The notes under the pieces were generated by a model. It worked only from the letters and a program-made list of their open reading frames with translations, had not been told where the DNA came from and did no database searches. The translations under genes were made by a program, and so were the position numbers. Positions 1 through 12,832 of a stretch of 64,000 bases of DNA are shown here, in pieces; position 1 is the first letter of the stretch, and each line of letters opens with the position of its first letter. Source of the DNA: Geosiphon pyriformis uo1 (Eukaryota; Fungi; Glomeromycota); NCBI GenBank assembly GCA_016748015.1, contig JAAOMT010000003.1, forward strand, positions 810,373-874,372, given 5' to 3'.

Positions 1-942
1 TTGTTAACAATTAGCACACACTATATTCAGTAGATATAAAGAAAAAACCACTTTATATTCTTCTCAAATGTATTAACTATTAATAAAACTTTTTATTTAT
101 AAAAGCTTGGATAGTGCTAGATAAGAACTACTGGACATGTATCTGTTATTATTGCAAACCATGCTATTAAAAACATTTTGGTTATTCAAAACAACAAGGA
201 AAGTAAGACAATGAATCATGTTTTGCTTGCAAAGAAATGCTATTTGATAAAAAAATATGAAACAACATTTCTGGTTAAGAAGAAATGTGTAATACATCAT
301 GTTAATATATGATCTTTATTAATAATTAGATAAGTTAAGAAACACTTTTTAATATTGTATAAAATCAAATACTTTTATGTTTAGACAGTTATCTACACAA
401 TAAAGACAAAATCTGGCAAATAGCAAATGCCAAAGTCAAGAATGCTTTGTCCAATAAAATATTGGCAATTAACTTACCAAAACCAGTTAAAACTATTCTT
501 ATTTCGAATCCAGATGCATTTTTTGATATCTTAGGTAATCCAGAATAATTTTATAAACACTACCAAGACTTAGCACCTACTAGAGAAAAACAAAAACAGT
601 GTTTGAAACAATTAAACACAAAACTGTGTAAATATTGCCTAATTCTCAATGATTTCGATTATTGTAATAATTGTAATCTTATTTACAATCTACTATCATA
701 CATAATCTATTCAATCTCTGAAGAAGAAGAACTAATTAGTGAGTACATATTGGAATCAAAATCAAAAATTAATCACAATTCAAACTCTAACAATAATAAC
801 AACAATGATTCTAACTCTCTTCACTACAGTAATGACAATGATGATTCAAACTTTAATTACAACCCCAAACAATATATTGTATTTTCAGATCTAGCAATGA
901 AGCAAGAACTCAAATAGTTTAATAATAACAATGAAGGTATTA

Positions 943-1337
943 TGCCAAAACATATACATAATATCAATACAGAGTTTGATTTTAAATATCTAAAAAAAAC
1001 TGTCATCAGATTGAAACCATATTTATATACCAGTATAGATCTGAAAATAGTATTGGAAATTTCAGCAACAATAATAGTTTAACTAGCTTTTAGATATAGC
1101 TTAGCAAAAAAAAAGATTAATATTAGAAAAAAAATAATTGATACAAGATATGTAGAAAATATTATTGTAATGCTACAAAATAATTCAGAAAAAAAATACA
1201 TTATTAAACCAAACAAAAAAATAGCACAGGCAATATTTTTGTCTCTGGTTAAAATAGTTTAATTAGTATTAATAAAAAAAAGAGAAGAATTAAGGATCAC
1301 AACCAGAGGAAAAAATGAATTCAGATTAACAGGTAGA
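943..1337 (+). pseudogene. dUTPase domain within Gypsy element A pol (decayed)
   Basis: Reads PKHIHNINTEFDFKY...LAFRYSLAKKKINIRKKIIDTRYVENIIVMLQN...KIAQAIF...TRGKNEFRLTGR; these are the five dUTPase motifs (AGxDL, RSSLA, GIIDxGY, IAQ, RGxxGFGSTG) altered mostly by G>A/C>T changes. Confidence 0.9.
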
Positions 1338-4300
1338 ATAAATATACCAATTAATATAACAGAAAAGAAACCAATTAATAAGAGAGAAATTATTTCTATT
1401 AATTAATCAATTTCTATTCCACTATATGACCAGTATATATTAGTAATAAAGAGAAAAATAAAAGACCAGTCTCAGATATTTGAAGTAAAACCAACTATTT
1501 GTAAATTAGAAAAGATTAGAATTACCAATTTCTATATACCAGCCAAGAACAATAAACACATTAAAATTCTTATTTATAATACAACTAGAAACACCATTAA
1601 AATACCAAGCAGACTTACTATCAAATACTTAAGCACTAAAGTTGAGAACCATCTACCAAACATCATTCCAGATTTTTCACAACTGTATAAATATGTGGAT
1701 ATTATATCACAAACTATTTACAAACAAAAAGAATGTTATTTGCTTCAATTAGAACAACTAAAGCAAATAAACTTGTAAAATTTAGACTTATTTTAACATA
1801 TACAACTCAAAATACTATTTAACAATTTTATTAACATTTTTGTCAGTAAAAATAAATTTGGCAGAACTAACATTATTTAGCTTAAATTAAAACTAAAGAT
1901 GTAATGCCAATAAAACAATAAGTGTACAAAATACTACCAGCAAGCCATAAAATTATTTGACAAAAAATCAACAGAATATTGAACAATGAGTTAATTCAAC
2001 TATCTATAAGTTTATGATTATTACCAGTAGTATTAATCTGAAAAAAGAATGAAAAAATCCACTTTTGTGTAGATTATAGAAAGCTCAACAGTATTACTCG
2101 TGAAAATAGTTATCCAACTCCATAGATTCAAAAATTATTCAATGCATTTGAAGAAAAAAAATAGTTTTCAACATTAAATCTAAACAGTAGTTATTGACAA
2201 ATAGTCATAAAACCAGAGGGTAAAAAAAAAACTGCATTTACTACAAAAAAAAAAATTTTGAATTTAAAATTATGTCTTTTAATTTAACCAATATTTTAGC
2301 CACTTTTCAATAATTCATAGAAATTGTTTATACTAAATTATTATAGAAATTTATAGTAGTCTATCTAGATAACACTAATATGTTCTCAAAAACATTTAAT
2401 AATTATCTATATTATTTTTAGCAAGTGTTTAAGAGATTAAGAAAAGCTGGATTAAAACTGAATGCAAACAAATATTTCTTTGACAAAACAAAACTGAAAT
2501 TTTTGGAACATGTTGTAAGCAAAAACATCATTAAAACAGATCCAAATAAAATTGAAATAGTTAAAAACTTTTCAATATTAACAAATCTTCCAGAATTAAG
2601 AGCATTCTTGGGATTTGCTGAATACTATTACCACTTTATTCAGAACTTCTCCAAACTGGCTCAACCACTTTACTAGCTTTAAGCAAAAAACGTGAAATAT
2701 AAATGAACTGAAACCCAACAAAAAGCTTTAAATATTTTGAGAAAAAAACTTATTTAAGTCTTAGTATTAATTTATTCAGATTACAACAAGTTATTCATTA
2801 TTACTACTAATGTATCAAGTTAAATATTGGGAATCATACTGTCTCAAAAAAGATCAGATGGATAAGAACATTTAGTAATATATGTCAGCAAAAGTTTAAG
2901 TTCAGCTGAAAAGAATTATAGAATTTTAGTATTGGAACACTTAGCTATTTATTAAACTGTTATCAAATAAAAGAAATATTTGAGTTAAAAGTTTAATGTG
3001 TACACTGATCACAAAGAATTAACATCAATTCAAAAACAAAAATTTGAAGATGATTACTATGTAAGATAAAAAATAAAACTATCACTATTCAATTATATAG
3101 TACATTATAAAAAGAGAAAAAAAAATAGAAATGCTGATAATTTGTTACAAATAAAACAAATTTAAAAACATTTTCAACCCAAAAAATATAACAAAAGATA
3201 AACACACAAAATATCAACAACTTTAATATTATATTAATACTCAACAGTTCAAAGAGAAATTATCTTAAAAAAAACAAAACAACATAAAACAACAAGCCAA
3301 ATATTTTATCATTTGCCAAGATATATTATACCAAAAAAACAGAAAATACCTAGATCAGTTATTCAGAATAATCATAAAGCCAAAGAAAAAAACAATACTA
3401 TTTAACATGTATTTAAATCTAACAGCAGAATATTTTTATAAAGAAGCAATTATGAAAAGAATCAAAAAAAGATACTATTAGCTATTTATGTATCCAAATA
3501 TCAAGCAATATGTTCAAAATTATGATGCTTGTCAAAGAAAAAAAGGAATAAAACCCAGTAAACTGCTAAAACCAATCAAAATAGAACAACTATTTGATTG
3601 AATTGGAATTAACTTAGTTGAACTATTAACAATAATCAGTAAAGACAATTGTTATATAGTAGTAACTATAGACTATCTTACAAAATAACCAGAAGTTAAA
3701 ACAATCCAAAAAGCAAATGCAGAATTTGTAGCTGAATTCATTCACTAGAATTTGATTTGTTAATATAGATGCCTAAAAGAATTATTGTCAGATCAAAAAA
3801 CTTACTTTGTAAACAGAACATTAACAAAATTGAGTTAAAGATTTGAAATTAAGAGACTATTACCATCACTATACTATTTATAAACAGACTTAGTTAAAAA
3901 GTTCAACAAAATATTATATAAAGCAATAACCAAGATCAGCCAAAAAAACCAAGATAAATAAGATTTGTTTATACCATTAGTATTATTTGCTTATTAAACA
4001 ATAAAGCAAGATATTATATAAACAACACTATTTGAACTTGTTTATAGTAGAACAATAATATTACCAGTTGAGATAAACATTAATACATATCCAACAAAAC
4101 TAATAACAGAAGCCAATTTCCAAAGAACATTGTTGAAAAAAACATATAAATTAATAAAAACTTTGGAAAACAAAAGATAAAAAGCAGCTAATAACATTCA
4201 AAAGTTACAAAAAAAACAAAAAAAATTACATGATAACCAATTATTAAATAAACCAGTTGAATTTAAGATTGAAAACAAAGTACTTTTACATCATACCAAA

Positions 4301-4542
4301 ACAAAAAAACAATGGAGTAGAAAATTCAATCCCAAATGGGATGAACCATTTCACATTGAAAAAATTCTAGAAAATAGAGCTTATAAACTAAGATAGAACA
4401 ACATAAAAATTGACTAAAACTATATTACAATATAGTATTATTATCTATTAGTAATATTTCACAATTGGGAGTACAACAAATACTTGTTTAACCAGATGAA
4501 ATTCCACAAAATCTAAAACCAATTATAATTATTAATATAAAC

Positions 4543-5243
4543 ATGTCAAATTGATCTACAAAAATAGTATATAAAAACACAGTAGATGTGATAACAGCAA
4601 CAATAAAAGATGAAAATTTCAGATCACATCTACTCAATAGCTCAACAATTATTTCAGACCATAAATCAACAACAATTAGACATGAAAATTGTTATCAACC
4701 ACCAAATAATTTGTTATCAAAACACAACAAGGGAAAAAAAACAGAAATAATCTCATATTAGTGACCACAGAACCTAACAAATATTGGTTAAATAAAATCA
4801 TAGAAAAAGTAAAGAACACTTTTAAAAAAATACCAAAAATAATTTCAACAGAAAAACTAATCAAGGAAAATTAAAAGCTATGAATAGAACAACTTTCAAT
4901 AATATATTATTATTATTAGCTAAAACAAAAGCTAAATTTTCAGAAATTATACATCAATAAATCTAAAAAAATATTCAATCAAAAAATAATACAACAGATT
5001 AAAGAGTTTATTAAAAAAAAGACAAATTCAAAAATATATATCAAAAATATTTACTGACTATATATTATATTTTAAAACTATTCAGAAATACTACTACACT
5101 AAAAAATAGAAACAATAACTGTTAACCAGTGAAAAAGAATAAACAACTCTTAATGTAAAGAAATAAAAAACAGAATTAAACAAACAATATTAGAAAAAGA
5201 AGTAATAAACTTAATTCAAAATGAAAATTTTGACAGAGCTTAA
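4543..5243 (+). pseudogene. Accessory ORF3 of Gypsy element A (after integrase, before PPT), unknown function
   Basis: ATG 4543, TAA 5241-5243; amino-acid blocks shared with element B 6552-7267 (QQLF, MNxTxF..LLLL, ILEKEVINLIQ). Confidence 0.65.
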
Positions 5244-5263
5244 TATTAAAAAAAAGAAGATAA

Positions 5264-6193
5264 TATTATTCATAGAAAAAATACAAAGAAAGAAAGCTAG
5301 AAAAACAAATAAAAAAATAGACCAATAGAAGAATAATACTTAATACATGAGCACAATGTCAAAAAACTATGACATATTGTTCAACAATATGCACAGTACT
5401 AGTGAATTAAGACACACTGCTCAGCAATATAAGCAATGTCAGTAAATTAGAGCATACTGCTTAACAATATAAGTAATATTAGTAAATTAAGACATATTAT
5501 TTAAAAAAATATAAGATCTTATAGAACAAAAAATATGTATATATAGCAAAAATATTAAAAACAGAAAAAACAGAATTCATTTCAGAATTAATATCCTTAA
5601 TTATTAATTATTTCATATCTCTCTTTTCAAAAGATAATTTTTTACAACTTGAAGCAAAATCTAATTACATATCAATAAAATATCTATTATTATTTGAATT
5701 TATATTATTATTATTGATTAAGAAATATTAATTATCTCTATTCTATTAACACTCTATGTTAATAAAATCCAATACTACACTAGAATAATAGTTCTTGATC
5801 ATGGTTATTAACAGAATACTAATTTTCTTTTATTTTATTTTTTTTATTTCTTTGCTTTATTTTTTGCTGTTTACTAAATTAATTCAAGAATTAACATATA
5901 GAGTTATTGATATCAAAAAAAATTAATAAAAGACTCAGAAATAAGAATAGAAATTCGAAAATTGAGGATAGCTTACTAAAAAGAACCAGCTATTAAGTTG
6001 AGAAAAAAATTCACAGAATACACTTTTAGAAAAGTATTAAAACAACTATTGAATCTCTGTCTATTATACAAAGAACTTAACCAAAATCTTCAAATCACTA
6101 AAACTTTTAAATATTACCAATGTCATTAAGCTATTGAGCACCAAGTTACGAGTTTATTATTTGTTTTTACATCTTAAATAATTACCTGTAACA
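5264..6193 (+). repeat. 3' LTR of element A (~930 bp)
   Basis: Starts TATTATT (inferred deaminated TGTTACT) just after purine tract AAAAAAAAGAAGA; ends TGTAACA, forming the terminal inverted repeat; colinear with 7286-8099. Confidence 0.8.
5371..5500 (+). repeat. Degenerate 40-bp tandem repeat (~3.3 copies) in LTR A
   Basis: Units start at 5371, 5411, 5451, 5491; consensus near GACAYACTGCTCARCAATATAAGYAATRTYAGTAAATTAA. Confidence 0.8.
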
Positions 6194-8099
6194 TTATATT
6201 GATATTAAAAAAGTAATATAATAATCAATTATTAGGTAAACAAGCCAAATTCAAAATTGAAGACAAAGTATTTTTACATTATATCAAAGTAAAAAAACAA
6301 TAGAATAGAAAGTTTGACTTCAAATAAAACAGTTTATTTCACATCAAAAAAATTCTTGAAAATATACATATAAATTAAGATAAGACAACAAAATCTTAGT
6401 TAAAATAACATATTGTAATTAACTGAAATTATATTACAATATAGCATCATTATCTATTAATAATATTCTATAACTGAAAGTACAATAAATATTAATTTAA
6501 CCAGATAAAATTTTATAAAATCTGAAACCAATCATAATTATTAACACAAATATGTCAAATTAATCTATCAAAACAGTATATAAAAAACCAACACATGTAA
6601 CAGAAAAAATAAAAATTACAAACAATATTTACTTTTTAATCCAACAATTATTTTAACTTATTAAACATCAAAAACTAAACATAAAAATTACAATTAATCA
6701 ACAAATTATTCAATACAAAGACACAAAAAAAAACCAAAACTCTAATATAAAATACAATATAAAGTACATATAAAGTCTAAAAACATAATAGAAATTATAA
6801 TAGCAAAAGTAAAGATATTATTAAAACTACTAAAGACAATAGTATTATATAAGAAGTTAATAAGAAAAAATTGAAAATAATGAATACAACAATTTTTTAG
6901 AAACTTTTGCTATTACTATTTAGAACAAAAACTTAATATTCAGAACTTATATACAGATAAAATAAGACAAATGTTTAATACAACAATATTGTAACAAATA
7001 AAACAATTTGTAAAAAAAAACAATTTATTTATACAAATACAAACAATATACCAGTTATAAACAGAATTCTAAAACTGTTTAAAAATATTATTATACTCAA
7101 TAATAAATACAGTAACTATTAATCAATTGAGAAAAATTACAAATATTCAATTTAAAAAATTATAAACCAAAATTGTCCAAGTAATTTTAGAAAAAGAAGT
7201 AATAAAATTAATTCAAGAGAGAGATTTAAGAAAGCTAGAAAATTTAAAAGATCTTAATAAAACTTAATATTAAAAAAAAAAATATTATTACTTATAAAAA
7301 TAAGAATTATAATAAGTAGAAAAATAGCCAATAAAAAAGAAATATAGTAAAAAAAAAATTTCAAGATTTTTCTTAAGAAATTGTAGAATTTTAAGATTTT
7401 TTTTAAAAAAATTAAAAAATTTCATATAATACAAATTATATATATATAGTAAAAGTATTAAAAGCAAAAAAAAAACAATTGGCAGACAGAATAATAACTA
7501 GTAATAAGTAATTATTAAATACTTCTTTCTTTAAAAAATAGTTTTTTATAACTTAAAATGAAATTATATTTATATTAATAAAACATTTATTATTATTCAA
7601 TTCATGTTATTATTACTTGATTAAAAAAATCAATCACTTCTATATTATTAACAATATATGTTAATAAAATTTAATACTTAATTACATTAGACCAATAGCT
7701 TTAATTAGAACTATTAATAAAATACTAATTTTCTATTTCTTTTTTTATTTTTTTTTTATTTTTTTTTATTTTGTTTATTTTGTTGTTTACTAATTGATTA
7801 AAAAATTAAGTGTTGAATAATTAACATTAAGAATAGTCTGATAAAAAACCTGTAAAACAAGAATAGAAAACTTAAGAATAGTTTATTAAAAGAGCATAAC
7901 TGCCAAAATAAACCAGCCACTATGTTAAAATTAAAAATTAAAAAAAAATTATTAATTAAATTTCTGTTTATTATACAAAAAACTCAACCAAAATTTTTAC
8001 ACTTTAAAACTTTCAGAAATTACCATTATTAAATAGCAATTAAGTACTAAGTTATGGATTTGTTATTTGTTTTAACATTTTAAATAATTACTTGTAATA
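6194..8099 (+). mobile_element. 3' remnant of related Gypsy element B (integrase C-terminus, ORF3, 3' LTR ~7286-8099)
   Basis: Colinear, diverged copy of ~4210-6193 (FKIEDKVFLHY, ORF3 ATG 6552, LTR start TATTACT 7286, end TGTAATA 8099); truncated on its left by the LTR of element A. Confidence 0.85.
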
Positions 8100-8934
8100 A
8101 TATTAAGAAAAACTTGGCTTTTTTAAAAACATCTAACATATTGTCAATTCTTGGAAAAAGATAAGTATCTTTAATTGTTACACTATTTAATTGTTAATAG
8201 TTAACACAAAATCTGAATTTTTTTTTGACAAAAATTATTGATAAAATCTAAAGAGTTCTTAATAATTAAATAAATCTATTATTAAGTATTTATTGAACAT
8301 TTTTTTTAATGAATTAATAATTAACTGGTAATACTTAATAGGCCTGTTGTTATTTTAGAATAGTGTTTTCAGTGTAAATTTAATGCCATATAATATTGGT
8401 TTTTTCAAGATTGTTGTTATTTTTTGTAAATATATTAGCATATTTTGTGATTAACTATTTTAATTGTCTTTGTTATTAAGATTTTAAGAAACTTATGTTA
8501 ATTCAAAAAAGCTTTTCTTTAATAATATAATAGTTTTTAATAGTAAAAAGAATATTTGGATTTGAAAATAATAGATATTTTACAATTTTAATAAAATTTG
8601 AAATAATCTGTAAGATTTTATTTTGAAAAATGTTACTATATATAATTTTAATTTCTAATTTATTTAAAAAAGCAATAGAATAGTTGTTAAAGTTGTAAAA
8701 AATAACCTGGAATTTTTTTATTTCTTTTGAAATATAAATGTTTAGGATTAAAATTTTGTGTTTCAAACAAATTTGTTTATTTGATTCAAAAATTTGTTAA
8801 GTGATAGTAGATTTTTGACAAGTATAAATTTTGTGATGTTTTTCAAAAGATGAGATAATAATTGGTTAAAGAAGTCGAAAATTCTGGTGAGATTCATTTT
8901 GTACATTAAAAACTATATTTATTAAAACTGTAAA

Positions 8935-9365
8935 TTATCTAGTTGAACTAAAACTTTAAGTTTCTTTGTTGCTTTTGCCTAATTGCTCTTTTTAATTAAC
9001 TGGTTGTAAATTTAAAATGTTAATTAAGAGTAGATATATTGCTTAAGCAATCTTTTTAGTATGCTTAATTTTGTATGGTTTTTTGGTTTCATTTTGTAGC
9101 ATAATTATGATATTTTCTGTGTATTCTGCATCAATAATTTTTTTTACATATTAATTTTTTTGCTGGCCAGGAATAATTAAGAAACAATTTGAATCATTAT
9201 TCTCAGTAGAATTTTAAAAACAATTTTAAAGTTGATTTTTGTTAGAGACTTTGATTAGAAAACTAAGATATCTTTGTCTGAATATTATAAATTATATTTA
9301 GCATTAATTTCGTGAATTTTTTTTGACTTTATTTCTTGTTTATTGTTGTCAAAGTATTTGAGTTG
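8935..9365 (-). pseudogene. dUTPase domain within Gypsy element C (decayed)
   Basis: KKIHEINAKYNL*Y...FLASKKIN..KKIIDAEYTENIIIMLQNETKKPYKIKHTKKIA*AIYLLLI...ET*SFSSTR; same position as in element A but diverged sequence. Confidence 0.85.
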
Positions 9366-12300
9366 TATGGCAAGCTAATTTTTAATCAGATAAATTAGAG
9401 TTGTTATAATTTTTTTTTTTGGCTTAGATTTTCTAAATTCGATTTTATACTCATTATTTTTACTGAACAAAGAGATGTTAAAAACATAGCATTCTGAACA
9501 CTATTAGTTATCACAAGGTGTAACATATTTTTTACATAACAAAATTTTTATTTACTCTAATTATTAAATTTAAGTTTCTTTGGTCAAGTATATGTGACTT
9601 GTAATTTAGTTATATATATTACTTCATTTTTATAATTGTATTCTATAATTTCGAAAATATATTTAATATACTTAGCTTTTTTTATCTGTGATGTCTTCTT
9701 GAATTCTTTTATTGATTAGAATTATAACCAATTTATAAATTATCTTAGCATTATATAAATAGTAATAGAATTTGTTTAAAACACTATTGTATACTGTATT
9801 AAAAAAAGTTTCTTTGTGGACTTTTTCTAAGATCTAAAGAACATATTAACAGGTTTAATTATACACTTCTTCTTTTATTGCAATATTAATCTAGTTGTAT
9901 TTTTCTAATAATAGTTTTTTATATGTAAAACAAGAAGTGTTGTCCTATTTTCTATTTTATTTGGAATATTCAAATTATTCTTAATAATATGCTTTATAGT
10001 AATAACAAATATAAGTTTTATATTCTTTTTCAGATAATATACAAGTTTTCATAGATGAAAGCTTTTTGTTATCAACTATTAATTTTTTCAAAAATTTTCT
10101 GTTTCATTTTTTCAGTTTAATTGGATATTAATTCAAAAGCCATGTAAGTTTCAGTAATTGGTTTTTTTTTTCTTCTTTAAATTCGAATCCAAAAGCTTTT
10201 TCTGACTGTTTATTGAAAATATCACAAATAATAAGTACTTAGATATATTGTTTTTGGTATAAAATTTTGAGTTTTTGGGTTTTTTAATTTAGGTTTGTAT
10301 TGGTCTTAAGAAGCTAATTATTTCTAATAAGAGGTTAGTATTAGAGTACATCTATAATAAAAACTTTAATTAGAATAGTAATTCCATTAATTGTAAATAA
10401 AAAGTTGTTAATTTTTTTAACTAAAATTTTCTTTATATTATCAACTATAACAATAATTGTTTAAGCAGATCTATTAATATTTTATTTAAGTTGTTATATT
10501 AACTAATAAATAATAATGCTTTTGGCAAATCTATTATTTAAAATTAATCAAATTTGTTTTTTTATACTTTAGCTTTTATGTACAAAGCAGTAATTGCTTT
10601 TTGTTTTGTAACTGTTATATTATTAAGCAAAAATAATAATTCATTTGCTTTGAATTTAAAAGAAAAAATATTAGAAAGATTGGTATTTTTGGCAATTTTT
10701 GCTGATAGAATAATGTGATTATTGTTAGAAAAATTTTGTCTTAATGTTATAGTTTTACTTTCAAAAAATGCAGTTTAATAAAAATATAATTCTTTAGGCA
10801 TTGTTAAATAACTAAGTTAAGTGTGAAAATGATTATGTCTTTGTTAAACTTAGTTTTAAAAAACCAATTAATTGTTAAAATTAAATCTATTGTTGTTTAT
10901 TGCCAATTAGTTTTGAGATACAAATTGGTTTTGTTGAACTAATCTTTAAACAAGTACTTAATATTGCTAAACTGGTAGTTGTGGATATTATTATTGAATT
11001 AGTTATGAAACAGATTAATAGTAATTGTTTTAATATTAAGGTTTTAATAAATAATAAGTTGGAGATTAATAATAGAATTGCTATGATTAAGAATAATATT
11101 AATTATTTCTTAATTGTTGATCTTTTTGTATTTTTTGGCAATCTTAATTTTAGTGTTCTGAAATTCTATAATAGTAATAGCTTTGAGATTGGTTGTTTGA
11201 TAATAATAAATAGTTATTGTGATTGTATTATTAAGGTAACCAATATTTTTGTTATTGGTTAGTAAAATAGTTTTCAATTTTTTTGGTCAGTTGGTTAATC
11301 TTTTTTTAGCTATTAAGCTGGCTTTTTTAATGAAATTAACAAGTTTTATAAAGTTGGCTTTTTTTATAGTTATTTTATAGTTTTTTATATGTCAAATGGC
11401 TATAGCTAAATTTGTTGGTGCATGAAAACAAACTTTTTTGATTAATTTATCTTTTAATTTAATAATAAATTGGTTCAAAATTTGAGCATTAGAATAATAG
11501 TTATTGGTTTCTAATTGTTGAATTTTTTGGAAAAATTTGTTAAACATTTCGAAATAGGTCATAACAAATTTAGAAAGTTCTTGTTTGATAGTTTGAAATT
11601 GATTTTAGAGTATAATAAAGATGTTGTTATTGGTAAATTGTTTTAAAAAAACATTTTTGAATGCTTACTAGTTTTCAAAGAATTTGTTCAAGTTTTTAAA
11701 TCATTTTTTAGCAGTTTCTTGAAGAAAATATAAGATTGTTTTTAATATTTTAGCTGCATTTTATCTATTTGTACCTTCTGTTTTTGAAACTTTGTCAAGC
11801 CATTCTTGAAAACTGGTATTAGTATTTTCTTTTGTGAATTCAATAATTTTTGTAATATAAGTAGTTGCTATTTTTTTTGTATTTTTGTTTTTAGTAGTTT
11901 TTTTCTCAGTAAATTCAAAAATGTTTTTGTTGTTATCAAAGTAGTTACTTTGGTTTTTAGCTAAAAAATCAAGAAGCTTTGTGCTGATAAAAACTTGTTT
12001 AGGCTGTTGTATTAGGCTTTTTGGTAATATAAAGTTTTCTGATCTTAAAAAACAATTAAGTATTAAATTTAGTGTCTAAATTTGTATAAATAAAGCAGAA
12101 AATAGTGTAATTAAAAGTGGTAGTTTAGAACTAGTTCTTTGTTTAGGTATTTATAAATGTTAAAAACTTGTTTTTGGTATATTGGGTGTTGTTTGAACTG
12201 ATTATGTGTTTTTTTTTGCCATTTTTGCTTGTTTTAAGCTTAAATTTAAGTTCAAAAATAAATTGTGAATCAACAGAGTATTTTTCTTTGCAAAATTTGA

Positions 12301-12832
12301 TAATATTATAATCAAGTTCTTTAAAATAAATAGCATAATTGTTAGCACTAATATTCTTTAGATTTTTGTTTAAGTAATAAATAAGATTTTCAAGGAGTTT
12401 TTATTTGATTTCTATGATATTATAATTTCCAAACAGATAATTGTTGATTTAGTTTTTAATGTATTGGAAAAATGTTTTCTTAAAAGCTGTGATTTTATCT
12501 TGGATTTTAAATTAACTGATAATACTTTAAAGTTATTATGTTTAATATAATTACTACTTTAAAGTTGTTGTTATTATATTATTTCTATAAAAAAAGTTAG
12601 TGAACTTCTGATAACTGAATTTTATCTTCAAATTATTTCCTATAATTTGAATTACTGGACTTATAAATAAAATGGCTAATTCTGTATTAGTTACTATATA
12701 TAAATACTTTATAGTAAAAGTCAATTTTTTTCCAGAAATTGCTTATCTAGAAACTTATTAAAAATGTGTAGTTATTTTGCTGTAAAAGTTAACTTTTTTA
12801 CAGAAATCTTGTTTATAGACTATCCTAATAAT

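Larger units (their letters stand above)
1..6193 (+). mobile_element. Degenerate Ty3/Gypsy LTR retrotransposon A (5' part outside window): Cys-rich domain, dUTPase, RT, RNase H, integrase, ORF3, 3' LTR
   Basis: Stop-riddled pol motifs in Gypsy order: RT FCVDYRKLN (~2062) and FIVVYLDN (YLDD relic, ~2350), ORF 2425-2676 LRAFLGFAEYY, RNase H VYTDHKEL (~2998), integrase YDACQR (~3521), IGINLV (~3602), LLSDQ (~3782); purine tract followed by an LTR ending TGTAACA at 6193. Confidence 0.95.

Noticed and set aside
5371-5500. 40-bp periodic repeat as a CRISPR-like array
   Set aside because: No unique spacers, lies inside a eukaryotic LTR, no cas genes.
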